A stretch of 64,000 nucleotides of DNA from Phoronis australis (lineage: Eukaryota; Animalia; Phoronida): assembly GCA_002633005.1 (NCBI GenBank), contig NMRA01000322.1:248001-312000 (forward strand). The letters run 5' to 3'. This document shows, in pieces, positions 37,583 to 50,700 of the stretch (its first letter is position 1; each line of letters opens with the position of its first letter). Under the pieces are notes generated by a model. It saw only the letters and a program-made list of their open reading frames with translations, was not told where the DNA came from and did no database searches. A program made the position numbers and the translations under genes.

Positions 37583-40552
37583 AAACTTATAGATAAAAGA
37601 GTTTTGTAGCAAAAATGCTGGAAACTTTAGATAAAAAAATTGTGAAAAGACTATAACAAAATTAATAGGTGAAAAAGTGTTTGCACGAAAGTTGCAGTAA
37701 ACTTCAATGTTTAAAGTGTTAGCATTAAGATTGTGACAATGTTACAAATTGTGAGATTGTTCTTCATTTTCTAAATTTCAAAGAAACCTCAAATCCCAGA
37801 CCCTAAGCCGGGCAGTTACCTATGTTAGATAACTTACCTAAATGTGACCTACTGTTGGGTAAGTTATATTGTTCAAAACAGCAAATGTTCAAAGACACCT
37901 AAATGTGACCCAAAACACTTAGAGGATATAACTACATCTGCTTTGTTTTTTATTCAGTCACCATACTTAAAAAAAATCAACTTTCATACTGCAGTCAAAG
38001 TCAATACAGCAAAATATTAAATGCAATTGCTTTAAAACAACAAAGACTGTTACCTGCGTATTGTTTAAACAGACATAATAAATATCACTACAAACCATAC
38101 ACAAACATATAATCCAATTTTACCAAGTGTGCAAGTATTGGCATTTAGAGCAATTTGCACTTTACCAACATTTGAAATTATCTAAGGTGGTAGCAGCCAC
38201 TGTAGCTACAGTAAAATTTTGCCTATTTCGGACAAAAATAATTGCCAAAAATTCCTCATTTTGATTTTTCAAGGGTAGTCAGCCGAGTGCCATTGTTCAT
38301 TAATTTCTTTAAATATCTTGGCCGCATTTTAGGGTTTGTCAATTTACTTGTCCAGAGAACATTATTTCCGAAACAATCAACTGCCGAATTTTGAAATTGA
38401 CCGCCGAAATTATTCACTCAAAATACCTGCACCGTCCTAAGTTCACCCCTCTTGCCCTCAAAAAGTGTACTTCAACTCTTCATTGGTCATTACAATGAAA
38501 TTTGGAATTTCTGAACTCAACCCATTCACACTCTTTTTTGTTTGATCACCACGCACAATTTGTTTTAGAATTCGGTTTGCTGGTATTAATATACTGTAAA
38601 CTTGTGACAAAATGAAACCAGTTCCAATAATCTGTTGTAACATGTACGATACCTCATGAAAGAAGAACAAAGGATTGAAGAATTGGGCAAAAAAGAAACT
38701 GGCCAATAGGTGACGCAATATTTATGGTGCCGAAAGCCGATGCAAAAGATCGCACCACAACTTCAGCAGCAGAATAACGGTAGAATGCCAATCTGTCATA
38801 AGTTGTCTAATCTCACATAACAAAACAATACATACCGTATTTGCCCTAATAAGTGCTCAGAGCGCTTAGAAAAATTCGCTTCAGGATGGGAGGCACTTAT
38901 TACAGTGGATGAAATCCGGTCTCCGAAACAGGTGAAATCGTAAGCTAAAATTCATCAAATTTACGCTTTGTGATGCATCTGTAACCTGTGGCAGAGTTGC
39001 TACAAAATTGCAATGCATTATTATCAAATTTTTTGTTTAATTACGAGCATTTTTCAGAAAATCCCACCGCGAAAACTCGCCGACTGACGCGTCGCTGCCT
39101 CGCGATCACCAAGAGTTCAACTTGAATTCTTGAGTAAAAATACTAGTTTGTACACAACAAATTACCTGAAGTCCTGCTTAAGTTTTCAAAATAGCGTTCC
39201 TACGGTAACATTGTTGAGTTCCTGTGGAGTCGGGATAATTGCATATTAAGTTCAAATCTGCACTAGATCGTACTCCGCAACACGAGAAAATCACTAGACA
39301 AACACACATGTTGTTGTCATGTGATGTTTGTTAAAAGTTCGTCTGCATGTGTGAGTGAGCGAGCGCGTGTGTGTCATCACAGTTCATTTGCCAGATTAAA
39401 CGCGATGTAACAATCTAGGTGTGCATTGTAACTGAAGAAATTAACTCAAGCAGTAAAGCAGAACATGTCTTAATTAGCACTTGCTGATCTCATCTGCTAA
39501 AAAACGTTCGAGAATTGTCTCAGTAAGGCCGATACTGACTTGCCGAGTGACTGGATGCGTGACAGCCCAACAGTTATTTTTCAGGAGATTCCTGGGGGTG
39601 TAAGGGTGCAGAACAGTTCACTTATTAGTGGGTCATTTTGACTGTTGAGGGAGAAGATCTNGGCTGCTGCAAAAAAGTAAAACAGCACAGGATGGTTCAC
39701 AAGGAAATATTAAGCTTATTATTAATGACTACCCTCGGTACTTTAAATGTGGCTCCTGTTTTTTTTTTTTTTTTAGTCCTCCGTTTGTTTCTTGGTAAAA
39801 GATCCACTCCCTCAGAAATTTGAGCCCTCCCCCCATATTTTAGCCTGGATGCCCAACAACCCCCGTATTTTAGGCAGTATGCCCGACGAGACACAGTGTT
39901 GGGCCCCCCTTATGGTATCCTAGATCCGCCACTGAAACTTATAGATAAAAGAGTTTTGTAGCAAAAATGCTGGAAACTTTAGATAAAAAATTGTGAAAAG
40001 ACTACAATAAAATTAATAGGTGAAAAAGTGTTTGCACGAAAGTTGCAGTAAACTTCAATGTTTAAAGTGTTAGCATTAAGATTGGGACAATGTTACAAAT
40101 TGTGAGATTGTTTTTCATTTTCTAAATTTCAAAGAAACCTCAAATCCCAGACCCTAAGCCGGGCAGTTACCTATGTTAGATAACTTACCTAAATGTGACC
40201 TACTGTTGGGTAAGTTATATTGTTCAAAACAGCAATGTTCAAAGATACCTAAATGTGACCCAAAACACTTAGAGGATATAACTACATCTGCATTACTTTG
40301 TTTTTTATTCAGTCACCATTGTAACTGAAGAAATTAACTCAAGCAGTAAAGCAGAACATGTCTTAATTAGCACTTGCTGATCTCATCTGCTAAAAAACAT
40401 TCGAGAATTGTCTCAGTAAGGCCGATACTGACTTGCCGAGTGACTGGATGCGTGACAGTCCAACAGTTATTTTTCAGGAGATTCCTGGGGGTGTAAGGGT
40501 GCAGAACAGTTCACTTATTAGTGGGTCATTTTGACTGTTGAGGGAGAAGATC
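37320..40552. other. Near-identical duplication around the N at 39661 (probable uncollapsed haplotypes)
   Basis: 37320-37963 recurs at 39662-40319, and 39427-39660 recurs at 40320-40552. Confidence 0.8.
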
Positions 40553-40926
40553 TGTACGGGAAAGATACAATACAATCCTGTTGACAAGTGTACGCTGCTT
40601 CTGTTCTGAAAGACCACACAATAATAGGACATGTCCCTCGCAAGATCAGCAAAACTTGCGTTCTTTTTGAAGCGGAAGTTTGAAGTGTATAGACACAGCT
40701 AAATAATGATATAGCGGGGAGGATCGTGGTCTACAAATTCCATGCACAATGATTTTTTCAGGACTGTCATATCTTACTGATAAATTGAAGACGTTACTGT
40801 AGAATTTTAGAACTCTATAGGTAAGGCATTTTTCGTATGCATGGACTGTGGCACTTATTTTAGCAAAGTCTGAAAACGCGTGGGGGGCGCTTATAGGGGC
40901 ATGGGTGCTTATTAGGGCAAATACGG
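38835..40926 (+). mobile_element. Tc2/pogo-like TIR element, copy 2 (inflated by the duplication at 39662-40552)
   Basis: TIRs read TA-ccgtatttgccctaataag and cttattagggcaaatacgg-TA. Confidence 0.8.
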
Positions 40927-41819
40927 TATCATAAATATTTAAAGTAGAAGAATTATTTTTTAATGTGAAATTTACATAATTATGTGATAACAAACACAAA
41001 GCACTTTAAAGGTACTAAAAGGTACAAGTTTCTTGAGATAAACACTGCTTGACAGAAAGTGCGGGAGTGATGTTTCGGTCCCTTCTTGTCCGATCATAGG
41101 GGTTCCTGTCCTGAAGGTCGGTGTTCATGTTTTTTGGGCTGGTTATAGCTGTTTTGAAGGTGTGGCATCATATATTTTTGACTCCAGGATATCTGTTTTA
41201 CACTGGGGTTCGCAATTTCGGTAGAACGTCTTGAATAGATATAACCAATAACCATACAATATTGTACAGGTTCAATGAGTTAGGTTTCAAAGAGTACTTA
41301 GGCCTATACCCAGTTGATTAAAAACACTGGCACACAAACACTTTATGGTCAGCATCCAACAATGTGATCATGCAGGTTTGCAACAGAGAGAGGGAAGAAG
41401 TGAGGGAAGAAGTGAGGGAGGGAGGGAGGGAGGGAGGGAGGGAGAGAGAGAAAGTACGGCTTCACACCAACATCATTTATATTCATAGGCTCATTTCCGG
41501 GGAACCACAAACTGGCCAAACACAAAAACGCCAAGAAAAGTCAAGTACCAAATAACAATGATGTTGATGATTACAACAACTAAGTATGAGCCCCGTCACT
41601 TGCTGATGGTCCCAAGTGTTATACATAGTGTATTGGGGACGATCAGAAGCTAAGGTCAGTAAGCTAGGTCAGGACGACTGCATGTGCCTGAACCTGAGTG
41701 AGAGTCCTGACTAATCTGACAAAAGTGAATGAAAAACTTCAAACACAAGACTTGAGAAACAGGTATAAATACAAAGAAACCACAAAATTGTAAAGCTGGA
41801 GAAGAAACAATTTCACCCA

Positions 41820-42700
41820 CCTTCCTGAAACCCGAACCGTTCGCTAATAACTAAACAGGTTCATGAGAACAACAACTTTGGAAGAAAATGGAGGTGTGTA
41901 GGAATCCTTGCAATTCTATTGGTTGGATCGGACACATACCATCAAAAAAATGCGATTACTTTCTACGTCATAAGGATATTCCACAACCAATTCGTTCGTA
42001 TAATAATTACTTATTAGTTTGGAAAGTTCTTAAGCAAGTATAATTTCAAAATTCTTTCATGTCGTGTCAAGTTTTCCGATTAAAGACAATACACTAATTT
42101 TAAATAGGTCATAAACTTCACACCAGAAGAAAACTAAAAGCAACATGCCGAAATTTGCTTTCCTCTCAATCTTTCCCGGTCTAATGCGTACAGCACAAAT
42201 GGTACGCGTGCCTAGTTAATCGTTACTGGGAAAATGGATGCTGATAATGGAGAAATTACATCTACATATCTACCTTTCTGTTTAAGTACGCCAGTCACGA
42301 AAATGTTCTGCCGCGAATTTGACGGATTACGAGCGACGTTTCGCAAAGGATTGTGGGATAGCGGTCACCCGAAGCAGAACACGCAGTAGTCAGGTCCCTT
42401 AATTTTAGTTGTATATCAGGGTGTTCAGTTTATCATAGATATGGGTAAACACCTAACACCTATCTACAATTAAGTGACAACTTACCGAATAGACGACGGC
42501 CTACTAACTATTTCAGTGCTCTAGGATGCGTAGTAAACTAAAAGGTCAATGACCGATGTGACTAATTTTGCTGGCGAAAGATGATATACTGGTGACTGAA
42601 GTGGGCGCTGCTCTCTCAATCTGTAAATACAGGGGGCGCTGAAACGGTGTGGCTGCAAACAATATTTAGGAATTCTGTAAGTAATGTGAATTTACGAGTT
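41820..42700. promoter_or_regulatory. Candidate bidirectional promoter / non-coding first exons of AASS and KLHDC8-like
   Basis: Both start-codon exons are preceded by splice acceptors (35671-35673 and about 44705-44710), so the first exons lie between the two genes. This region is relatively CpG-rich and repeat-free. It has ATTGG (about 41918), CCAAT (about 41987), TACGTCA and a ZNF143/SBS-like ggattgtggga (about 42348). Candidate donors are at 41820 (minus) and about 42677 (plus). Confidence 0.45.
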
Positions 42701-43014
42701 GAAATTGTATAGTACGAAATACATCACTATGCAGTCACATTCTTCTTGGACAAACGTCGTGCCCTGCTTGCCGTGGACTAGCCGTGGACGAGTGATCGTG
42801 TTAGCCATGGTGTGCGGATCCACACCTAATGACCTAGTCCTCAGACTTACTTATGCCAAACTTATGGCTAAGCTAAGCCTAGCCTTGATAACCATCGTCT
42901 CCACTGAGTGACGGTGCCAGGCAGTAGAGACGATGAAGCTCCTATAGGCGCTTTGTTGTAGATGTGCTTCCGGTGAATCATATGAGCCTCTGTTAACTAC
43001 TCGCTAACGGGCAA

Positions 43015-43092
43015 TTGCCTATTAGCTGAATGGTTAGCATGCTTGTCGGTTTTATGGAGGTCGCTGGTTCGATTCCCGGGTCGGGTAAACTC
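43015..43092 (+). pseudogene. Degenerate tRNA-like sequence or SINE head
   Basis: A box tagctgaatggttag and B box ggttcgattcc are present, but the acceptor and T stems do not pair well. Confidence 0.55.
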
Positions 43093-43119
43093 GGTTATAG
43101 TATTAGGCTTCTACTACAG

Positions 43120-43590
43120 CTTGGCATGTCGGAAGCTTTTCAGCAAAAATTATGCCTCACACTGACTAAAACATCAAAATCAGGTTGTTGTAAATTTTTT
43201 TGCGCACAGACGGACACTTTAGGAGGTCTGTATTCCAATTCGAACAAATACTCCCGTTAAATCAAACTTTTTCTTCGAGCAGTCCCTCATTCAGTTCCCA
43301 AAATTGGTAACTCGCCATTTTTAATACTGCGCCCGGCAGGTGGCATGACGTATGTATCCCATAGCTCAGTGTGAAAATGGCGCGTTACCGATTTTTAGAA
43401 CTGAACGAGGGACTGCTCGAAGAAAAAGCTTGATAATGGGAGTATTTGTTCGAGTTGAAAGGAATCAAATATATCGATGGCCTCCTAAGGTGTCACTCTG
43501 TGCGCAAAAGGTATTTACAACAACATGACTTTGATGTTGTAGTCAATGTGAGGCATAATTCACCAAAAAGCTTCCGGCGTATGAAGCTCC
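43120..43590. repeat. Long imperfect inverted repeat (fold-back MITE-like), arms about 210 bp, loop about 30 bp
   Basis: Matching arm segments include aattatgcctcacactgacta / tagtcaatgtgaggcataatt, cgaacaaatactccc / gggagtatttgttcg, and tttttcttcgagcagtccctc / gagggactgctcgaagaaaaa. Confidence 0.9.
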
Positions 43591-44722
43591 ACTGTCCTAC
43601 TGGCAGTGGGACGGTGGTCACTGTCTAACCTAGCCTTGGCGCTATGCTGTATACTAAATGTACAGCTTTGCGCCGATGTGCATAAAATCTGACACAAAAT
43701 AGTGTCATTAAAAACTAGACTGTGTTACCGGTGTTGGAAAAAAAGGTGTTCTAAGGGGTTTTCCATCACCTCGAATTTCATGGACAGTAGCTCCTCTCTC
43801 AGTGCACTGCCAAAACTGGGGTAATAGTTGGATACATGGGTCCCTGTTTTGATAGCCATTTCCTCCCACCAAATAGCGCCTGTTATTCAGTGGTAGTACA
43901 ATAGGTTCCCAAATAAATCATGCACCCACCTTTTTGACTATTACCCAAACTGGGCTATTGTAGTTTCTCAGGTAACAAGTCTCAGTTTCTAACTTGGTAG
44001 ACTAGGTACCACTGGGCAATTGCATCGCTTTGTAATGCCGCAGGCGTACAGGGGCAATAGTACACTCCCATAACACGTTACTCATCTCAAACTGCAGCGA
44101 ATAAAATCATATGAAACATGCATATATACACATGGCAACCTGGGAAAATCCCAAGTCACAGCAAAGTTGCTACAGCAAATATCAGGCAATAATTCCCTGA
44201 AATTGGTTTCAAAATTTGTGGTGACTTCCAAACTTAAAATTAGCAACTACATTTTCCTGGGTTCAATACATTTGATTCACAATTATTATGCTTATTTCAT
44301 GAAATCGGTGAATTTGCCACCCTCAACAGTCAGCACAATTCAAACACGTGCAGACGGGTTGTTGTCAAGCTAAGCGTGGAGCACAGTAACTTTAAAAAAT
44401 GAAGGATTTCTGATGAAGTGCCATGGGGTAGCTTTCATTCAGTACTTTACTCTTAAGCTAATACCCTTTTTATGCTCTTATTGTTATATGACCTCATGTA
44501 GGCTGGTGGGTGTTTTATAGTGGTTAATTGGAAGGGAAAATATTTCATTTCGTATTGTAATACCTTTTCCAAGATTGCACGACACTGTCCCCTGGTGACC
44601 GTCAAGGGGCACGGCGGTATTTCATGGGCATGGCGGTATTTCATGGCCATCTTTTCAGCTACTCCATACTCGCTTATTTGCTCCAACAATATTTGTTTAT
44701 ATTTCAGTAGCCACCATCCAAC

Positions 44723-47700
44723 ATGGCAGCTGCAGGTGACTCTCGTTTCACATGTGAAAGCACCAAGCCCATGCTTACTAAGAGAGTATATTGTTCCTCA
44801 GTTCAAGTAGGTGACTACGTCTACGTCATTGGTGGCTGTGACCAACTTGGAAGACCTCTAGATGTCTTTGAGGGTATGTAACAAGCATTCTACTGAAGGT
44901 CTCTGAGGGTGAATTTAACCATCATGCCGACAGGATGTATATGAAGTCTGTGACAATTAAAGTGTGTTGATAACTAGTAAAGACGGATTTTCTTTCAAAG
45001 TTATGTTAATACCTACTGCACATAGCAATTGATATACCGTAATTATTCTGATTAATGCCTGGTCACTTTAAAAAATTGATGAGCATGGAAATCTGGGGAT
45101 GGGCACTTTAGCCAGAGATGGGGGCTAAATTGGAAATGTCACGAGAAATTGCACTTGGGGAATTACCCGTACATGGGCACCCTGGGACAGACAATCGCCC
45201 TGACCATCTATTATGACTTCCATGAGTTCCACTTACCCAAAGTTTAAACAGTTTGCCTCAAGTCTATAGTTGCCTACGCGAAAGTTGAATCAACAGTCTC
45301 TAACCATGCAACATGTGTATTGCACTATCTGAGGATTAGTATGCAACTTTTTGAGAAGTCACATGAGTTTTCTAGCCTGATAGGTGTCACACCAGTGGTG
45401 TGCACATACATGTATTACAAACTAATAACAGCACAGTATACTCTGAAAGTGAGGTTATAAGTGTGTTGCCTTTACCCAGTGGACATCAACGTCAACATGG
45501 AATAAGAAAGTTGTTTTGATGAGGGGAGAAACCCGTACCTTTATTGGGAGGGCCAGTCCTCATTGGTAAGTTACTCCACAGTATTTCTTTGACCAGTCAT
45601 GAGCCAGTCGATCAAAGCTGTCTAATTTCTGTTTTGGTACTAGTCTAGAGAGAGATGAGCAATTGGAAATAAAGTTAATGTCATTTGCATTGACATTATA
45701 CTAATTGATATTCTATTGCTTTGCTGAACTCTCACAGTGGTAATGGTGGTAAAAGGAGAATTTGTTCAGCTACTCTGCTCTCTTGTGAAAACACCAGTTT
45801 TACCTGTAGGAACTAAAGCATCTTACTGATGTTAGGTGTTCTATGAAGAATGAGTTTGAGGTGTAGGAACAGGAATGTAGAATTACTGACATGACCAGTT
45901 ATTTCACTTCCGTACACCACACTGGTTAGGGAGTTAACAGTTACTATTTCTTGTTTACATGTAAAGCTATGATCTCCATATTAAACGTAAACCAAAATAG
46001 GCTTTTATGTGCCTATTAAGAAAAATCTCGGTATATAGTCTATCACACTCTATGGAATTTCTACTTTCAGAAAATAGCTATATACTTTACTGAGTTACAA
46101 AGTAGTTATGTAAAATTTAAATATTTGACTAAATGCACAGATTTTTCAATAATATCCAACATAACCTTAAGAAAAGCCTTTGTTACATGAAAGTGATGTT
46201 TCCATTTTAAACAAGAAGTACTACCTGTTTGTGCAAGCCGTTTTTTGTCAACGAAGTAGGATTTGATGCCAAAATCTATTTCCTTCAATTTAGCTTACAT
46301 TAGTTTGATAATCTGTTTACCAAAATGGTCCCAAATATATGATTCAGAATGCTGAATCATTTTCAAATTTATTATCTTTTCTGTTGCAACCATCAATTAT
46401 GGAACTAAATTTGATGTCTATTCCTTGGGCACGAGAAGGTTTCTTAAGTAGTGAGAGAAGAAAATTTGAGTGCACCCCAGCCTCCTGCCTGCACCCCATC
46501 CTCCTCCCTGAACCTATGAGGTTTATTGACCGTCTTCTTGTAATAGGTTCTTATTCTTTACTTTTGTGAAGAAATTTAACGCCACAGAATTTCACTAGTA
46601 GGGCATATTGTGTGTTAAATAACTGAATAATTACCGTACAAATTAAATCTTTTGTGTGAAGAGTCATTTGACACTCTGGCGATTGAATTAATGTACAAAG
46701 CTACAATGTTCTACTGTTAAAGGTATAAACCTAAAGAAGAAAAAGTGGGAACAGTTACAGTCACTGATGACAAAACGTGCGGGCTCTAGTGTTGTGGCTT
46801 TGGAGGGAAAGATTTATGTGCTCAGCGGCGTAACGACAGATCAAGAACCCTTAGATACTGTCGAAGTATATGATATCAAAGAACGCAAATGGTCGTCTTT
46901 AAGCAATCTGAAGGAAAAACTGCTTGGTGTCTCCGCAGTTGTAAAAGGTGAGAATTATCTGTTGGTACACTCCTGCTACACGAGTCATAGATGAGTCATG
47001 TTGTGGGAACTGAACATGTCCGTGGAGATTAGTTCACAGACATTGACATATTAAATACACGGCTGTTCAAATTGATTTGTGGGCAACCTAAAGCGATTTT
47101 TCAATTTTGGGCTGGAGTGTTAAAGTGCTTAAAACCACCATTTACCTTGTTTTAACAAGTGGGCATATAGTAACATGCTTCTCCGAAGTCTTAAGGGAAG
47201 TCTCAAGAGTCATAACGTGCTCAAATAGCGAGTTGTCTCAACCACTACAAGTGTTTCTCTTTGTCGTGTTGTACCATAAACCAAAGGAAAACGAGCAGCA
47301 ATGTTGGACTACTTTCACACTAAACACATTGGAGGAAGAGTATTGCAGCTGTGATTGGTTGGCTCAATACCTAGTATGCATTGGCCAGTAAATGCTCGTA
47401 ACTGAAGATCATCTAATTAACGTATCGTCGGATAGTGTTGGTGGGTATTTTGTAATTTGACAGCTGATGGACTGGTGGGGTTGTTTTGTGTTTTTGATAA
47501 GGAATTCATGATTTTAAGCATTTTAAGGATATCTCAAACCTTATTCACAAAATTTGTCAGTTTTTACATTATTTCATATACGTCTAGTAAAATACCTTAT
47601 GTTCATTCTTGGGGGAACTTCAAATACGAAATATACAGTGTAATGAGAAAAAACTCTCTGGCCTTCAGCAGTTTACTTCATATCCAAGGTCAAAGGTAAC

Positions 47701-50700
47701 AGAGCTGTCACTCAAACCCTATCTCCCACTTGGCATGTACACTTCCCAACCCACAGTTCACAGTCCTTTCATTCACCGACTTGCCATAAGATTGTGTTAA
47801 TGGGGTGTGCGTAGCATGGCAAGATGCCGCGGCGGAAAACGAGGACATAACGCATTTTTGATCCTGAGTGAGTTGCACGCCTGCATAGATATGACCATTG
47901 ATGACGTTACGATGCTGCACAGCGTCTGGCATATCATGAACACAGCAAGTTGTGAAATAAGATAAAACCTTACTCAAATTCATTGAATTTCATTTCACCG
48001 TTAATCTGATGTTTTGCTCTCGTGCTCACAGCGCGCTTTAACCGCAGGTACTCCATAATGAAGTTAATTACTTACTGCCAATTCAGTTGACATTACAAGT
48101 GAATGTTAAAAAACTAGCAAGGTAATAGTAGGTATACCGTATTCGCCCTAATAAGTGCCCAGGGAGCTTGGAAAGATTTGTTTCGGGAGGGGGGGGGCGC
48201 TTATTGTAGCCTAAGGCGGTTGGAACACACTCTCCGAAACGGGTGAAATTGGAAGTAGGATTCATCAATTTTACGCTCTGCGACGTATCTGTAGCCTATG
48301 ACAGACTTTCCACAAACTTGTGGTGCATTGCTATCAGACTTTGTTGTTAAATTGACGATCCCTTTTCAAAAAAATTGTGGGGAACTCCCAGGGCAAAAAC
48401 TCGCCGACTGATGCGTCGCTGCCTCGCGATTGTCAATAGGGTAACTTGAATTCTTGAATAAAAATACAGTTTCGACTTAGTCCTTAAGTTTTCCAAAAAG
48501 CGTCCCTAAAATTTTTAAGTACCTGTGGAGTTAGGTTTAACAGAAGATTAAGTCCAAATCTGCGTTAGATCGCACACCGCAACATGAGAAAGATCTGAAC
48601 AAACACGTCGTGTCACGTGATGTTTGTTTTTGAAGTTCGTCTGGGTGTGTGTGCTGAGTGAGTGAGATTCACTTCCCACTGACAAGTACACTGTGTCTGT
48701 TCTGAAAGGTCAGACCATAGTGGGACACGTGCCTCGCAAGATCTGCAAAACTTTTGAGTTCTTTTTGAAGCACTGAGGAAGTTTGAAGTGTGTATTCACG
48801 GCTCAATATTGACATAGCGGCGAGGTTCGTGGTCTAGAAATTTGGTACACAATGATTTCCAGGACTGTCGGATATTATTGATAAATTGAAGACGTTACAG
48901 CCTGTAGAATTTTAGAACTGTAGTTAAGACATTTATCACAGTCATGTATACATTTTCATGGGCTGGGCGCTTAGTTTAGGGAAATCTGAAAACGCGTGGG
49001 GGTGCTTATTGGGGCATGGGCGCTTATTAGGGCAAATACGGTAAGTCACCAAATGACTAACCTTCAGATTCTCACTACTGGTAATGTTTCCGGCTTTTTC
49101 TCGGCTTCGGCAAATCGACTTGATTTTAACTTAGCAACATGAGTTCTTGAAAATGGCTCAGTGAATTTAACTCAAACTTTTCAATTTTATTATTTATTCA
49201 AAACGCTGTGATGATTTTCGTTCTAAACACCTAGTTTTTCCATACCGTAAGGTAGACAAATATGAGTACTATTTATTACAAAAATACCTTGTTACAATTT
49301 GCGAGTTAATTTGGCTTAGAAACAAAACCAAATGAGCAATGATATAGAAAATTCCTAACAGCATTTTTGAGGGGAAGTTTTCATTTAAAATCATGGGTTT
49401 CATTGAAATGGACTGAGGAGATATTTTGCTATGAATGTATTTTTCTTAAAAATAGAATTTTGACTTAAAGAGTTGGTAACACATATGGCATATAAATGTA
49501 AAACATATTTTTACAATCTCTGATCATTTTTGTTTCAGAAAATACACAGTTTTGCTGTCTAGCATGTTTTTTATTGATATATGAGTTAGACTTGAGGTGT
49601 CACTAAAATAATGTTTGAGGTTGCTTCAAGCCAAACATGTTTGTTAGCCTCACCAGGTTGCCACAATGGCTAATCAGAGTTTTCAATCTCAGTAATGGTA
49701 TTATTCGTTTCTATCAGCTTTTGTACATTCGGAAACGTTTTACTGGCATCGTATTTTTCTGGTTTTAGATAACAGAATCTATGCAGTGGGAGGAATGACT
49801 GCAGACAAAACTGCGAGAGACTACTTCGCGTGTTATCAACCCGACAAGGATGAGTGGGAGGAGCTACCTCCAATGCCGACTCCACGATATGCCGCAACGT
49901 CTTTATTGATTGACAATAAATTATATGTGATAGGTAAAAAGGAAGATCTCGAGTTTCTGTAATTGTGCATTGTTCATTCTTCGTGTGCTTGATATCCATA
50001 GTGGCGCAATGATTATTTTTGCTCTTGATTCAATTCAGTTGTGGATTTCAACTTCTTGATTCGACTCATTCTATTCAGTTGCTAAAATTTTCATGCTGTT
50101 GATTTCACTGGAGATGTATTGATTATTATTTTATAAAAATGCCAAGTATAGTACTGTCATTTTTTGGTCTCGCGTTACAAGCCGTATTTCTTAGCCAATC
50201 AACATGAAGTTCACAAGTTTCTTGCCAAAGCTCAAGACCTATTTTTTATTGAACTCAAACACAGGATGGGGCTGTGGTGACCACTTTTGTTGGTTAAACT
50301 TGTAAATCTGTAGATCTGGAGTCCTTTGAGTGATTTTTCAGAAATTTGATAAGATAGCTCGAGTGTGTCATTTGTTTCTTGCTGCGACTCAATGCTCTCA
50401 AGTAACTCAAAATTTTCTGGCAACTGTTTTTTCGTTGATTCATCATTCCTCACTTTCTTGTCGATTGACCCCCGTTGTTGGTTGCACTTTTTGTCTGATT
50501 GGCATGAACTTTACTCACTATGAATGTGTGAATATGCGGGCTTCTATTTACAATGTCTTATTTTGTTCTCTATGAATAGATAAAGTGACTACAAACATCT
50601 GCTAAAGTTGTTTACTGGTGACTGGTTAATGATAGACCACATAAAGTACTGGAAAATTTAAAGTAATCACTGTTTTCCCATCATGATGAATAATCCTGTT

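Noticed and set aside
43015-43092. Functional tRNA gene (also the candidates at 7197-7270, 30380-30450 and 53480-53550)
   Set aside because: Only the A and B boxes are well kept. The acceptor or T stems mispair or the anticodon loop is atypical, and most copies continue into repeat bodies.
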